Below are positions 37,234 to 49,693 of a DNA stretch of 64,000 nt, in pieces. Numbering within the stretch: position 1 is the stretch's first letter; every line of letters begins with the position of its first letter. Under the pieces are notes generated by a model, which was not told where the DNA came from, searched no databases, and saw only the letters and a program-made list of their open reading frames with translations. The stretch is from Octopus sinensis (lineage: Eukaryota): assembly GCF_006345805.1 (NCBI RefSeq), contig NC_042998.1:161758001-161822000 (forward strand). Reading direction: 5' to 3'. Both the position numbers and the translations under genes were made by a program.

Positions 37234-37652
37234 ACAGGCTTCTTTCAGTTTCCGTTTGCCAAATTCACTCACAAGGCTTTGATCAGCCCGAGGCTATAGT
37301 AAAAGACACTTGCCCAAGATGCCAGTTGACTGAACCTGGAACCATGTGGTTGAGGAGCAATCTCCTTACCACACAGCCATACCTATACATATACATCTAT
37401 CTACCTATCTATCTATCTATCTATATATATATATATTTGTGTGTTTGTGCTGTTTGTGCCCCACCACCACTTGACAACTGGTATTGGTTTGTTTACATCC
37501 CTGTGATCTGAGAAAAAGAGATTGATAGAATAAGTGTCAGGTTTACAAACTAAAAGAAGTACTGTGATAGATTTATATGACTAAAATTCATCAAGGCAGT
37601 GCTCCAGCATGGTCACAGTTAAAGGACTTAAACAGGTAAAAGATAAAAGAAA
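36809..37652 (+). mobile_element. Older SINE A (head 36809-36950, tail 37438-37652) split by a nested copy
   Basis: Head and tail are colinear once 36976-37385 is removed. Confidence 0.78.
36976..37385 (-). mobile_element. SINE A full length (A1) nested in the internal microsatellite of another A copy
   Basis: Complete tail, (TA)n and head on the minus strand. Confidence 0.9.
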
Positions 37653-37977
37653 GATGTTTTGCATGATACACACTTAGATACATTATGCTTGAAAAAAATG
37701 AGGCTTCGTGGTCTTAGCTGGAGTGTCTTAATGCATGTATAACTCATCAGTCCATCTCCTGGGAAGTTAAGTAGCTTCTGAATGTTTATAAAGATTTTAT
37801 TAATGAAATAAATTCTAAGTTGTCCATAAACTATGTGAGTAGAAAGCAAAATTAAATAAAATAATGGAATAAGCAGTAATACTTTATTTAATTTTCATAT
37901 TTGGTTTGCAAGATTCTTTATGTGAATTGGTGTATTGAAACAAATTTTGTTATCTTGGGAGGGGCATTGCACCAATA

Positions 37978-38027
37978 TTCTTTTCTACTCTAGGCACAAA
38001 GCCTAAAATTTTTAGGGAGGAGACCCA
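37978..38027 (-). mobile_element. SINE B tail-1 fragment
   Basis: ttcttttctactctaggcacaaagcctaaaatt. Confidence 0.75.
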
Positions 38028-38038
38028 GCATGCTAACG

Positions 38039-38277
38039 TTTCTTATTTCTTTATTGCCCATAAGTGTCTAAACATAGAGGGGATAAACAAGGACAGACAA
38101 AGGGATTAAGTTGATTACATCGACCCCAGTGCATAACTAGTACTTAATTTATCGACCCTGAAAAGGATGAAAGGCAAAGTCGACTTCGGTGGAATTTGAA
38201 CTCAGAAGGTAACGACAGATGAAATACCGATAAGCATTTCGCCCGGCATGCTAACGTTTCTGCTAGCTCGTCGCTTT
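38039..38277 (-). mobile_element. SINE B, tail type 2
   Basis: Reverse complement of 50916-51147. Confidence 0.9.
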
Positions 38278-38857
38278 GTCATTGCATCAATATTAATAAG
38301 ACATGCACTGATACAAATTCACTCCTCTATAATTAGTCAATTGGTTAAATATCTATCATACTAATTAATTGTTTGCTTAGCCAGTTGGTTAAACGGTGAA
38401 TCATTTGTTTTGTTTTTGTTTTTTTTTGTCAAAGCTCATACAAAGTAAAAGCAAAGTTTTTCAAATGAGAAAATTTCTTTTACACTAAAGTAAATTTAAA
38501 TGCACACACACACACACACATACGCACGTGTGCACATGCCCACACACATGCACACACAATGATATTTGATGATCATGGTAGGGGTATCTTTGATTATAGA
38601 TCTGCTAGACAGAAATAACTTTGGCTTGGGGTTAAACAACACAAGTGAACATATTATATTCATTTCAGCCTCTTTAATGCTTGTGATATGAATGTGCATA
38701 TATTTATGTGAATATATATGCACATACATGAGTATAAATATGCATGTATAAATATATGTTTATATATTTATATTTGTGTGTGTTTATACATTTGATAATG
38801 TCTATGTTTGTGCCTGAGTGTCAACGTGAATAGACACACACCAACAAAGGGCAAATA

Positions 38858-38986
38858 ATAATAATAATAATAATAAGAGAAATTATAAAAATATTAATAG
38901 TAGTAGTAGTAATAAAAATAATGATAATGATTTCTTTATTAACCAGAGTGTTTATAATAATAATAACAACAACAACAACAACAATG

Positions 38987-39031
<45 letters not shown>

Positions 39032-39050
39032 TTGATAATAATAATAATGA
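38858..39050. repeat. (AAT)n/(AAC)n/(TAG)n tract
   Basis: Visible directly. Confidence 0.92.
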
Positions 39051-39624
39051 TTATGTCACCTTGATGGCAAATAAAAGAAATAAAAATAATAAAAATAAAC
39101 TATGCCTGGAACCAACAAAAACATACAAAAGAAAAAATAACAAACAAAAACAAATGTTGCTTCTCTAGTTTTGAGAAAAAATTATGAAAATATATCTTAG
39201 TATATATACATTCAAATAAATATATTCACACTTTCCATTGAACTTCAGTTTTTGCCGTTGCCATATTTAACACCCTTGCAGTGAAGGTTCATAAATTCAC
39301 TTGGCTTCCCCACACCCCAATCCCCACCCCACCCAACTATACTTTATTATTCTCTATTGCAGACTTCCTGTAATGCTTATGTGTTGGATGGGAATTTCTC
39401 TCTCAACTCTCTCTTCCTCTGTTTTTTTTTTCTTCTTCTCTAAAGTAGAAGATAGACAAAGAAATAAAACTGGAAGCAAGTATCATCTTGAAATTGGATA
39501 ATTTTCGTTTTATTTTCATTTCCCTTTGTTTATTTGTTTGATTTTTTTCTGTCTGCCTTTCTGCCTTTCTTTTCTTGCCTTCTTTCTCTTTCTTTTCATT
39601 TCTTTTTTACTTTCTGTCTAATGA

Positions 39625-39635
39625 CTGAGACAAGT

Positions 39636-39670
<35 letters not shown>

Positions 39671-39705
39671 CTTTTCTTTCTTTCTTTCTTTCTTTTTTCT
39701 TTCTT
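39625..39705. repeat. (CTTT)n microsatellite
   Basis: Visible directly. Confidence 0.92.
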
Positions 39706-40380
39706 TCATTTCATTTACCTTCCTTGTTTCCTGTAAATAATCAGGGTTTAAAATGCACATAAATGATTTTTTTTTTATTTTCGAAGTCTTCAGTGCTAAT
39801 TCCTCGAAAATCATTGTCTGTCTATAAACATCCCACCCCAGCTCTGACTTTCATCCATGCACCCTCACTTTCTCTGATTATATATGTAGACAGACACACA
39901 CATACACACCAGTACATACACAAAACACACATACACATTCACAAACACAAGCACACATCTTACCCCTAATACAAACCATTTTCTTAATCTGTCTCTTCAA
40001 TGATCTTCACTTTATTTCCCCTGCTTTTACCTCTGCTCTCAACCTTGCTCTCCTTCTCTCTCTCCTTTCTTTTCATCTCTGACTATCTCTCTCATTCTCT
40101 CTCTCTCTCTCTTTCACTCTTTCTCTCTCTATCTCTCTCTCTCACCTTTACTCGTCCATATTTAACAACCCTTCTATTTCCTGTTACACCTTTGTGTGCC
40201 TGTTTCTTTATATCCAATATGTATGTGTCTTCCTCCCTTTAAAACTGCATTTTACCTTTTTTCCTAATTTTGTTTTGAGTGTCTCCTTCCTTTATCTCCT
40301 TTTGTTATCTCACTATTTCTTTCCCTCTCTGTCTATTTTTCTTAACATCTTAGGTTTTATATTTATGGTATCTTTTATTA

Positions 40381-40580
40381 TTTTACTTGTTTCAGCCATT
40401 AGACTGTGGCAATGCTGGGGCACTGCCTTGAAGAACTTTTAGGTGAATGAATCAATTCCAGTATTTTTTTTCTTATTCTACCAATCTCTTTTGCTGAACA
40501 GCTAAGTTACAGGGAACATAAACATACCAGCACTGGTTGTCAAGCAATGGAGTGGGGACAAACACAAAGACAAACAAAGA
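40381..40580 (-). mobile_element. SINE A tail (A2), head missing
   Basis: ttttacttgtttcagccattagactgtggc.atgctggggcactgccttgaaga...ggttgtcaagc. Confidence 0.85.
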
Positions 40581-40594
40581 TATATATATGTATA

Positions 40595-40645
<51 letters not shown>

Positions 40646-40984
40646 CAGCTACTTAGTTATTGAAAATCTTTTTGCAGAGATGGTTGTAAAAAAATGATAT
40701 TTGGTAAGAATGAGATCTGATGAATAAGCTGGGTATGATAGAAATTTTGAATCTAGAATGTAAAATTTTTGCAAAGTTATTTGTGGAATATGTTTAGGTG
40801 AATTGTTCCTTTATAAGTGATGTAGGCAATACATTCCTGCTCTGATGGTTTCATTAGAATTCAAGAAATAGTAGGAAATGACTTCATTTCTCAATCACCA
40901 AACAATAGCTGTAATTATCTTTTGATGAGACTTTAGCTTGAAAAAAATGTTTTGGTGTTTTCCCTTGGTCCAGACAATCGTGGA

Positions 40985-41422
40985 AGATCATTAGTTGCCA
41001 CTGTCTGGGTCCCTTAGAAGTCGCCTGAACTCCTTTAGTACCAAGATGCTTCACAGGATTATGGACTACCATTGGTCATATTTTGTATCTAACCAATGAC
41101 TCCTCAGAAACAGAATTGTATCCCATTACTTGTGTGATTCAGGAGCACCAGTACAAACTGTTTGGCCATGTTGCTCAATTTTCCAAGTTAGACCCTGCTT
41201 AACATATTCTCTTCACTGTGGTTCTGGGTAAGTTAACAGCTGAAGTTGATCAGCCACATGGCACATTCCACATGGTCATGGCAGATGAGAAGGTATCTCT
41301 CAGAAATGGGGACTGGCTGGTACTCTGCTCAATGGGTTGCCCAGTCATATCTAGGAATATAACTAAGAAATGATGAATGCATTAACATGCTGCAATGATG
41401 TATGTTCCCACACTTGACCTGA
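40985..41422 (+). mobile_element. RTE-clade LINE C-terminal/3' fragment
   Basis: LSGSLRSRLNSFSTKMLHRIMDYHW..VSNQ..., ITCVIQEHQYKLFGHVAQF..DPA (consensus LRLYGHVAR). Confidence 0.8.
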
Positions 41423-41529
41423 TTAGTTGCCCTCTGAATCCCTTTTCATCATACATCACGAAATAATCAACAAATGGCTGAAGTAATTTTTGCTGTGTAA
41501 AAGAAATATAGCATAGTCTTTGTATCAGG

Positions 41530-41810
41530 GATCTTTTAGATTTTCATTTTGCTCCAATTTTTTGAGCTCTTTTGTTTCTTTCCAGTAGTGTAAATTCAGA
41601 GCAACTCTTGAATGGTCCAATATCGAATTCTCCTGTGATTTCCTGAGCTGTTTTGCATAGGTTCATTTCTATAATGGCTCTCCATTTATCATTGACAATC
41701 ACAAAGATATATCTATGAACATCTTCATCTTCAAGTCACATTTGTTGACATTGTGAGTAATTTTCAGTTTTGTTTCGAAATCGTTCATTAAAATCACTTG
41801 CATTTTCTTC
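41530..41810 (-). pseudogene. mariner-family transposase N-terminal (HTH) remnant
   Basis: Minus frame ERFRNK...*LEDEDVHR...NDKWRAIIEMNLCKTAQEITGEFDI versus recalled mariner consensus LEDE.RSGRP..VDNDQLRAIIEA.PRKTTREIAEEL.V. Confidence 0.68.
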
Positions 41811-41949
41811 TATCTCTTAAAGTAAACATAGGTAAAATAATGAAGCAAAACAGCCTAAATCGATTGAGCAATATTTGCACTTCGAAATAGTATATTATTA
41901 AAACATAAATAAAAGTTTATTCCTAAATAAGCATCAAAGTTTTAAATCG

Positions 41950-42045
41950 GTGCATGTGTGGTAAGAAGGTCACTTTCTAACTACAGGATTTTTAGTTTCA
42001 GTCCCACTGTGTGGCACCTTGGGCAAGTGCCTTCTACAATAGGTG
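41950..42045 (+). mobile_element. SINE A head fragment
   Basis: gtgtggtaagaag...ttcagtcccactgtgtggcaccttgggcaagtgccttctac. Confidence 0.8.
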
Positions 42046-42675
42046 AATATAGGCTTCACTGTCTCTTTTGATTATTAGGCATTTTGTAGCAGTCTCCTAT
42101 TCTTGGATTCTAAATGCATAGCCTTTGAAGTGTGTTGTGATGTAGCAGTAATGATTCCAAGAGAGGCTTCACTGTATGTCAATATTACTTCTTCAAGTCT
42201 TCAGGAAACATACCCGTGCATGGTTGATTTTTGGCATGCTGAACGTTTCACATCTTGATATTTTTTGTAGGATGTTAGACTGGCTGTTTTGGGTTTGTAT
42301 GGGAGATCATCAGAAAGAGAGTGCTTCCTTAGGAATTCACTGCCAACAAGTAAGATATTGTTCTCTTTGCTTTTCAGTACTAAGTTAATGCATTTATTTT
42401 TGTTGCTGTTGTTTAGCAAGTGCTGTCTGAGAGAGAACGTATAACATTCGGACATGTATGATGATAATGATATGTGTGAGTGTGTGTTTATTTATGTGTG
42501 TATATGTATATGTGTATAAGTATATATAAGTGTCTGTGCATATATGTGTTTGTGTTTGTACATAAAACTATGTGAGTGAGAGTGAGTGTAAGAAAGCAGG
42601 AAAAGTAAGTGAAATGTATATCAGAAGGAATATTTCATTTGGAAACATATCCAATGTATTCATTCGATTTTGCAG

Positions 42676-42762
42676 ATGGCAAGGCATGATTTGCAGAGGC
42701 TGGCTGCTAATATATCATTATTTGAAATCTCAGCAAAAATGTTACCATATCTGCAGCAATAT
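42676..42762 (+). CDS. Candidate 87-bp exon (MARHDLQRLAANISLFEISAKMLPYLQQY)
   Basis: Acceptor attcattcgattttgcag, protein-like open frame, donor TAT|gtgaga; otherwise the frame runs on to TAA at 42799-42801. Confidence 0.3.
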
Positions 42763-43811
42763 GTGAGATTACACAGAGAAAAAGGACATGTAGAAAGCTA
42801 ACAGTTTGTAAAGGTTAGCACTAGATACAGTAGTAAAATACTAGGATATGTGGTAATAATAAAGTATCATTTTCAGTTCAAATGCATTGGCTGTGTATTC
42901 TTCAACAGGATCAATATAGGACTGAATGGAGATAAGCATTAAAAAAAAAAAGACTATCTGTTGAGTTTGTGAATAACTTTTGTTACTTGCTTACAGAGCT
43001 TTGCTTTGTTGGACAAGCAATGACAAGAAGAATATAAATCACTACTTTTGATATTTAATGTGGTTCACTTTAATATTGGTCCGCTAAAACAGGTAGAATG
43101 TGTGCTGGAAAAAATGCTCCCCGTTAGTAATTCATTTGTAAACTCAGAAATATTATAAGAAAATGACATGAAGGACTGGATTTCTAATTGATAGTCATAG
43201 TCTTTTGCTAATAAAAATAGTGTTTTGCCATTTACAAAATATCTGTGATAAAAACATTTAAAAAGAAACCAAAAACCTAAACAATGTTATTTTTTGTTTT
43301 CCACCAAACCTACTGAAGCAATTAATTCTTAACTACAGTAACCTATGGCCCAATTTGTTCCCCATGCGTTATCTTCCTGAAACAAAGTGTAAATAATTTG
43401 TTGATCTTGTTTCTTAATCATTTATCTTCCATTCTCTAATTTCACATCATACAAGGTAGTATTGCTTGCCCAAACGTGAAATTGGAGGAAGAATACATAT
43501 ACAGGAAATTCATTCTAACTTCTCGTAAGCATAAAACAAAACTTGGTTCGAATCTTTCAGAAAACTCTGGCTTTAGTCTCCATCACAACTTTGCTGTTAT
43601 TTCTTTCAGGATTTATTTTTCGGGAATCTATTTACAATTGAAGTGTTAATATTATTTCTGATTCCAGTTGACACTAGCTGGGTTCAGTAAATAAGACAAG
43701 AATGTTGAGCAGTAGAAGGGTTTTAATTATAGTGGCCAATAAAAATGCTTGCTCATTATGAGAACTGAAGTGTAGAGAGGTAAAGAATTGCAATGGTACC
43801 ATGTATCTTCT

Positions 43812-44023
43812 ATCATTTACTTGTTTCTGTCATTAGACTGTGACCATGCTGGGGCTCTGCCTTGAAAAATGAATCAGCCCCAATACTTATTTTTTTGTAA
43901 AGCCTGGTACTTATTTTATCAGTTTCTTTTTACTGAACCACTAGATTACAAAGACATAAGCAAGCCAGCACTGGTTGTCAAGTGACACACAGACACACAC
44001 ACACTCACACACACACACACACA

Positions 44024-44082
<59 letters not shown>

Positions 44083-44240
44083 GTGCTTCTTTCAGTTTCC
44101 ATCTACCAAATTCACCCACAAGTCTTTGGTCAGCTTCATGCTCTAGAAGAAGACACTTACCCAATTTGCCATGCTGTAAGATTGAACCCAGAATCATGTG
44201 GTTGGAAAGCAAACATCTTAACTCACAGTCACACTTGCAC
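43812..44240 (-). mobile_element. SINE A full length (A2) with long internal (CA)n
   Basis: Tail, microsatellite and head present. Confidence 0.88.
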
Positions 44241-44557
44241 AGCAACAATAAAACAAATTCAAATTATTTGAGTTATTCTCCCATTATTGTATTACTAAAA
44301 TCTCATAGATTAGTAATAGCATTAAATATTGTACATGCACACTCAAACACACACACGCACATGCACACACACACACACAAACTTCAAATTATTGGATGCA
44401 CACTCTCAATCATAAATTACTAAAATTGCATTAGATTTGTCATACTATTTTATAATATTAATTATAACGTTAGTATCACTAAATAATATGAATAATATTC
44501 CTTATTAATTTCTCTATTAAAATGGCAAAGCTAGTAGAACATCATATAGATGTGGAA

Positions 44558-44700
44558 GTATGGCTGTGTGGTAAGAAGTTTGCTTGCCAACCATATGGTT
44601 TCAGGTTCAATCTCACTGCATGACACCTTGGACAAATGTCTGCTACTATAACCTCAGGCCAACCAAAGCCTTGTGAGTGGATTTGGTAGATAGAAATTGA
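44558..44700 (+). mobile_element. SINE A head
   Basis: ggctgtgtggtaagaagtttgcttgccaacc...gtggatttggtagatagaaattga. Confidence 0.85.
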
Positions 44701-44916
44701 AATAAAATAAAATACCAGTACTAAGGTCAATTTAATTGACAAGCTCTCCTTCCTCCAATTTTTGGGCTTTGAGACAATCTCTCTGTAAATAGATAAAATC
44801 CTTAATCAGTTTCCACCCAACAGTCTATCTATCTGTCCATTATATGTTGGATAGACAGATAAATGTATCACTAATTTCATTTCCCTATCTTAAGAAGGGA
44901 ATGATGCACATCAGAT

Positions 44917-45171
44917 CAGTGGTTCTCAACCATGTTCTGCCATTGGATTCCTTTGATTCCAATTTTACTCAGATGGACCTCTATAACCATTTGATGTTTA
45001 AAAATTGTATTATTCTTTTTTTATAATTGAATATATTAGGAATTATATCAAAAAAATTGTTTAAATATTTTGTGTATTGTAAAATAATAACCAATTTATT
45101 GCACATGATTTTAAACAACCATATCTTATATGGACCCCCAAGGCCATATGCATCCCGATTGATAGTTACTG
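44917..45171. mobile_element. hAT-type MITE
   Basis: Left TIR cagtggttctcaacc; right gattgatagttactg is a decayed inverse; 8-bp flanks catcagat/cattaagt match 5 of 8. Confidence 0.55.
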
Positions 45172-45211
45172 CATTAAGTTATAATGTTGTTCTAGACACA
45201 CCAAATAAATG

Positions 45212-45549
45212 ATATGGTCATGGCTGAGAGCATCAGGCTCACAATCATGAGGTAGTGAGTTTGATTCCCGGACCAGGTTATGTGTTGTGTTCTTGAGCAA
45301 GATGCTTTATTTCACATTGTTCTAGTTCCCTCAGCTGTAGAAATGAATTGTGACACTACTGGTACCAAGTTGTATCAACCTTTGCCTTTCTCTTGGATAA
45401 CATGAGTGGCATGGAGAGGGCAGGCTGGTATGCATGGGTAACAGCTGGTTTTCCATAAACAACCTTGTCCAGACTTGTGCCTTGGAGGGTAACTTTCTAG
45501 GTGCAATCCCATGGTCATTCATAACCAAAGGGAGTCTTTACCCTTACCC
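45212..45549 (+). mobile_element. SINE C, tail type 1
   Basis: B-box-like gtttgattcc, tgtgttcttgagcaagatgcttt; homologous to 15628-15965. Confidence 0.87.
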
Positions 45550-46164
45550 ATGGATGAAATACTTGTGATCCTAAGTATGTTGGATCAGAATTGACCCAAG
45601 GTTAAAAGACAGCAATAGTGACGGTAGCAACAGTAACAAGTAGAAGAAGAAGAAGAGGAAGAAGAAGTAACAAGGATCAAAACCAAGAGAAACAGCCGGG
45701 GTTACAAACAAAAAATCTGTAAGAAAAGACAAGATGTTTAGAGAAGAGATAGAACAAGGGAAATCCATATTAAGGAAGAGAGAGAAAGAATAAAGGTCTA
45801 ACAAAATGTGAAGTAGTGTCAGGTGAACATTGGATATAGAAAGGGTGACTGGAGCTATAAAGTCATAAACATACAACAACCAAAAGGTACAACATCCCAT
45901 GAGATTGGATTAGAGACAATAAACGGAAAAGGAAATATAAAGGAAAGCAAAAACAAAAAACAAAAAAAAACAAAGGAGGAACATGGAAAATTGTTTTGTC
46001 TATTTAATCCAATTATTTAATCTTTGTTCTAATATAAACAGAACTGTGAATGCTTTAATTAAACTGAAACATGACAACAGTTCAATGCCATTGATTAAAT
46101 TAAACCTTTCATCAACTTTGTTCTAATCTATGGAATCTATAATTTTGTTCATTATGCTTTTAGA

Positions 46165-46225
46165 CTGTGTAGTAGTGGTGGTGGTGGTGGTGGTGGTAGT
46201 AGTGGTGGTGGTGGTAGTGGTTGTG
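46165..46225. repeat. (GTG)n/(GTA)n tract
   Basis: Visible directly. Confidence 0.92.
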
Positions 46226-46558
46226 GGAATGATAGCGGTAATATCAGCAGCAGAATCAGGAGGGCATCAGCAACTATATCAGGACAAAACAAATTTTGAA
46301 TGTATCTGTGTTGTATGAACTTTGATCTGCTTATAGTAACACTAACTTGTCTATTGCTTTTCATAAGGGCTGGTGGCATCCTAAACTAATTTTTTCAAAA
46401 ATTAACTTTTTAAAAATATGCAAATTCTCATGTCTGCTTATGTACATCTCTGCTTCAGTAAGTATAGTAAAGTTTATGCTTTACTGAGGTGTAAAAAGAT
46501 TGAAACATGTACAGAAGTGTCTCCTGTACTTGGAATAATTAAAAACATATTCATTAAC

Positions 46559-46666
46559 CCTTTGCCTATCCTGTGTATCACAAGTGATGTACAGGACATT
46601 TTCCTGGCATCCCTGCTTCATATATCTTACAAATTTCCAAATTTTTTCAACAACAATAACTTGGGG
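46559..46666 (-). CDS. Candidate exon (PQVIVVEKIWKFVRYMKQGCQENVLYITCDTQDRQR)
   Basis: Strong acceptor tttttttttcataag at 46667-46668 and an open frame; donor weak (gttaat), so the lower boundary is uncertain. Confidence 0.2.
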
Positions 46667-47145
46667 CTTATGAAAAAAAAGCTTTCTGTTACTCAGAACG
46701 AATGAAACAAGGGCTAACTAAAAGTCTGAAAACACACATGGACATCTTGACAAACTTAGCAAAGTAGTTTGGACAGATAAAGGATCAATTCACATTAACT
46801 TTACTCATTGTTGTAGTAAACTCTAATGCTCTGTTTAGTGTTTACTATTTTGAATATGGTAAAGCTAATTTCACTTTAATTATAAGTTGGCTACCTTCTT
46901 ACCATTGTCTGAGCCAAAATAATGAATGAAAATGACAGCAGCAGTATCAAGTGGTATTAATAATTAAATAACTAATTAATTTATAATAAGGGAAAGAAAA
47001 GTATGTAATGCTTTCTCACTGCAATGCATTGCTATTTAAGGTTTAATTCCAAGACAGAAAATTAAGAAAATTATTTTCATATAATTAATATTATTCTACC
47101 TCAAAAGCATTGACTATACAGGAATATAAACACACACACACACAT

Positions 47146-47250
47146 ATGCTATAGTAGAAGACATTTTCAAAGGGTGCTTTGCAGTGGGACTGAACCTGGA
47201 ACCATCTAATGAGGAAGCAAACTTCTTACTACACAACCATACCTGCACCT
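47146..47250 (-). mobile_element. SINE A head fragment
   Basis: gctatagtagaagac...gcagtgggactgaacctggaacc. Confidence 0.8.
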
Positions 47251-47500
47251 GTATTTGTTCATTTGTTTCACAACCATATTTTCCATGCTAGCATGGGTTT
47301 CATGAATACATCTTTTGTTGAGGTATCATTTTATTGCCAGATGCCCTTCTGTAGTTAATCTAACCTGTTTTTTTCATGAGGGACGTTCCATTCTATTTAC
47401 CTTCGAAGGAACAAAATTACTGAATAATCTGTTGACTGGAAAATGTAAACAGACATCAGCTCAGTGATTGTTTTTTATGCAATTACAAAGTATAAACATT

Positions 47501-47560
<60 letters not shown>

Positions 47561-47669
47561 CACATGTACACACATGCTCAGACATATATCTATGTGTATG
47601 TGTGTGATAGGTTTTGTATAGGTTCCCTTCAGTTCTAAATTCACTAACATAGCATTGATTGGCCTAATA

Positions 47670-47914
47670 GAGGTGCGTGGCTTAATGGTTAGAGTGTTGG
47701 GCTCATGATTGTAAGATTGTAGCTTCGATTCCTGGACCAGGCAACATGTTGTGTTCTTGAGCAAAACACTTCATTTCACATTGCTCCAGTCCATTCAGCC
47801 GGCAAAAATGAGTAACTCTGCAATGGACTGGCATCCCATCCAGGTAGGGAATATATATGCCATGGAAATTGAGAAACTGGCCCTTATGAGTCAGTATGAC
47901 TTGGGAAAGAAACT
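47670..47914 (+). mobile_element. SINE C, tail type 3
   Basis: A box tggcttaatgg, B box cttcgattcc, CORE-like tgtgttcttgagcaaaacacttcatttcacattgctccagtcca, then a distinct tail. Confidence 0.85.
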
Positions 47915-48069
47915 GTAGCTTACATTGATTGGTCTGGGGTTGTAGAAGACACATGTACCTTACAGAAGGATCAAATCTAAAACAACATGGTAATGAAACT
48001 TCTTAACCACACAGCCATTCTTGCACTCAGATATGATTGTGCACTTATAGACATAAAACACCCATGCAA

Positions 48070-48365
48070 ACATTCACACACACACACACACATACACACG
48101 CACGCGCACACACACATATACATATATACATATATATATACATAAATATATACATATACATATATACACATATACATATATACACATATACATATATATA
48201 CATATACATATATACATACATATATACATATACATATATACACATATACATATATACACATATACATATATATACATATACATATATACATATACATATA
48301 TACATATACATATACATATTCAAACACACACACACACATACACACACATATATATATATGCATAT
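48070..48365. repeat. (CA)n and degenerate (TACATA)n tract
   Basis: Visible directly. Confidence 0.92.
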
Positions 48366-48666
48366 ATAGAGTCAACTGATGAGATCCAGAGAGTATCAGT
48401 ATACACTGTAGTGCTCAAAGGATTTAAAATTATACTCTGAAAATGTTCGAAGATCAAATGTGTTGGGGTAAAGAGTGGCTATAAGAGAAAGCTCCATCTC
48501 TATATGTATATATATGTGTTAGGAGCACTGAATAATTTAATATAGATGATGTTAGAAAAACTTGTAGCTTTAAGATAAATAGCTTATTTTATAAATATAC
48601 CTGTTTAAGTATCATAATAGCATGAAACTATTAGTAACTCTTTTGGTTGTGTATTTAATTTGATAC

Positions 48667-48701
<35 letters not shown>

Positions 48702-48796
48702 TGCATGCATGTATGTATGTGCATGTAAGTATGTGTATGTATGTATATGTGTATGTGTGTGTATTTATATATGTATGTACATGTGTATTTATATAT

Positions 48797-48861
<65 letters not shown>

Positions 48862-48867
48862 GTATGA

Positions 48868-49166
48868 GGAGGCGCAATGGCCTAGTGGTTAGGGCAGCGG
48901 ACTCGCGGTCGCAGGATCGCAGTTTCGATTCCCAGACCGGGCGTTGTGAGTGTTTATTGAGCGAAAACACCTAAAAGCTCCACGAGGCTCCGGCAGGGGG
49001 TGGTGATCCCTGCTGTACTCTTTCACCACTCTTTCTCCCACTCTTTCTTCTGTTGGCCTGCTCGCTTAGCCAGCGGGGTGGCATTATTCGAAGGCTAAAA
49101 CAATGCGAACGCATTGTGACCAGCGATGTGTAACAACATCTGCTGATGGTCTGGTCGGTCACGTGA
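48868..49166 (+). mobile_element. Young tRNA-derived SINE family D
   Basis: A box TGGCCTAGTGG (48878-48888), B-box-like GTTTCGATTCC (48922-48932), CpG-rich, single copy in the window. Confidence 0.85.
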
Positions 49167-49466
49167 AGGTAATATTTCGAACACAGTGTAGCTGTGAAAA
49201 CAACAGAAAGATTGGGTATTATTACCCTTATAAGAAGGAAAAGGTTGTCAGCAGACAGCCATGGGACTTGAACACAGAACCCTCAGATACTGGCTGAGTA
49301 CTCTACCATTAGGTTAAATGGGCCATTCTGCTGTTTTCACGGCTATGCTGCATTTGAAATATTACCTTCTTGTCCATATTACAATACACATTCAATGCTT
49401 CTAAAAATAAAAAGTGTTTGTTCACATATGTTGTTCCACACACACACACACACACATACATATATA

Positions 49467-49693
49467 TTTCTTATTTCTTTATTGCCCACAAGGGGCTAAA
49501 CATTGAGGGGACAAACAAGGACAGACAAATGGATTAAGTTGATTACATCAACCCCAATATGTAACTGGTACTTAATTTATCGACCCCGAAAGGATGAAAG
49601 GCAAAGTCAACCTCGACGGAATTTGAGCTTAGAACATAACAGCAGACGAATTACCGCTAAGCATTTTGCCCGGCGTGCTAACGTTTCTGCCAG
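49467..49693 (-). mobile_element. SINE B, tail type 2
   Basis: Reverse complement of 50916-51147. Confidence 0.92.

Noticed and set aside
42996-43091. Splice-flanked segment with good acceptor and donor
   Set aside because: Stops in all three frames; at most a non-coding exon.
48868-48940. Possible tRNA gene
   Set aside because: It has A and B boxes but no complete acceptor stem and runs into a SINE body, so it is treated as a SINE head.
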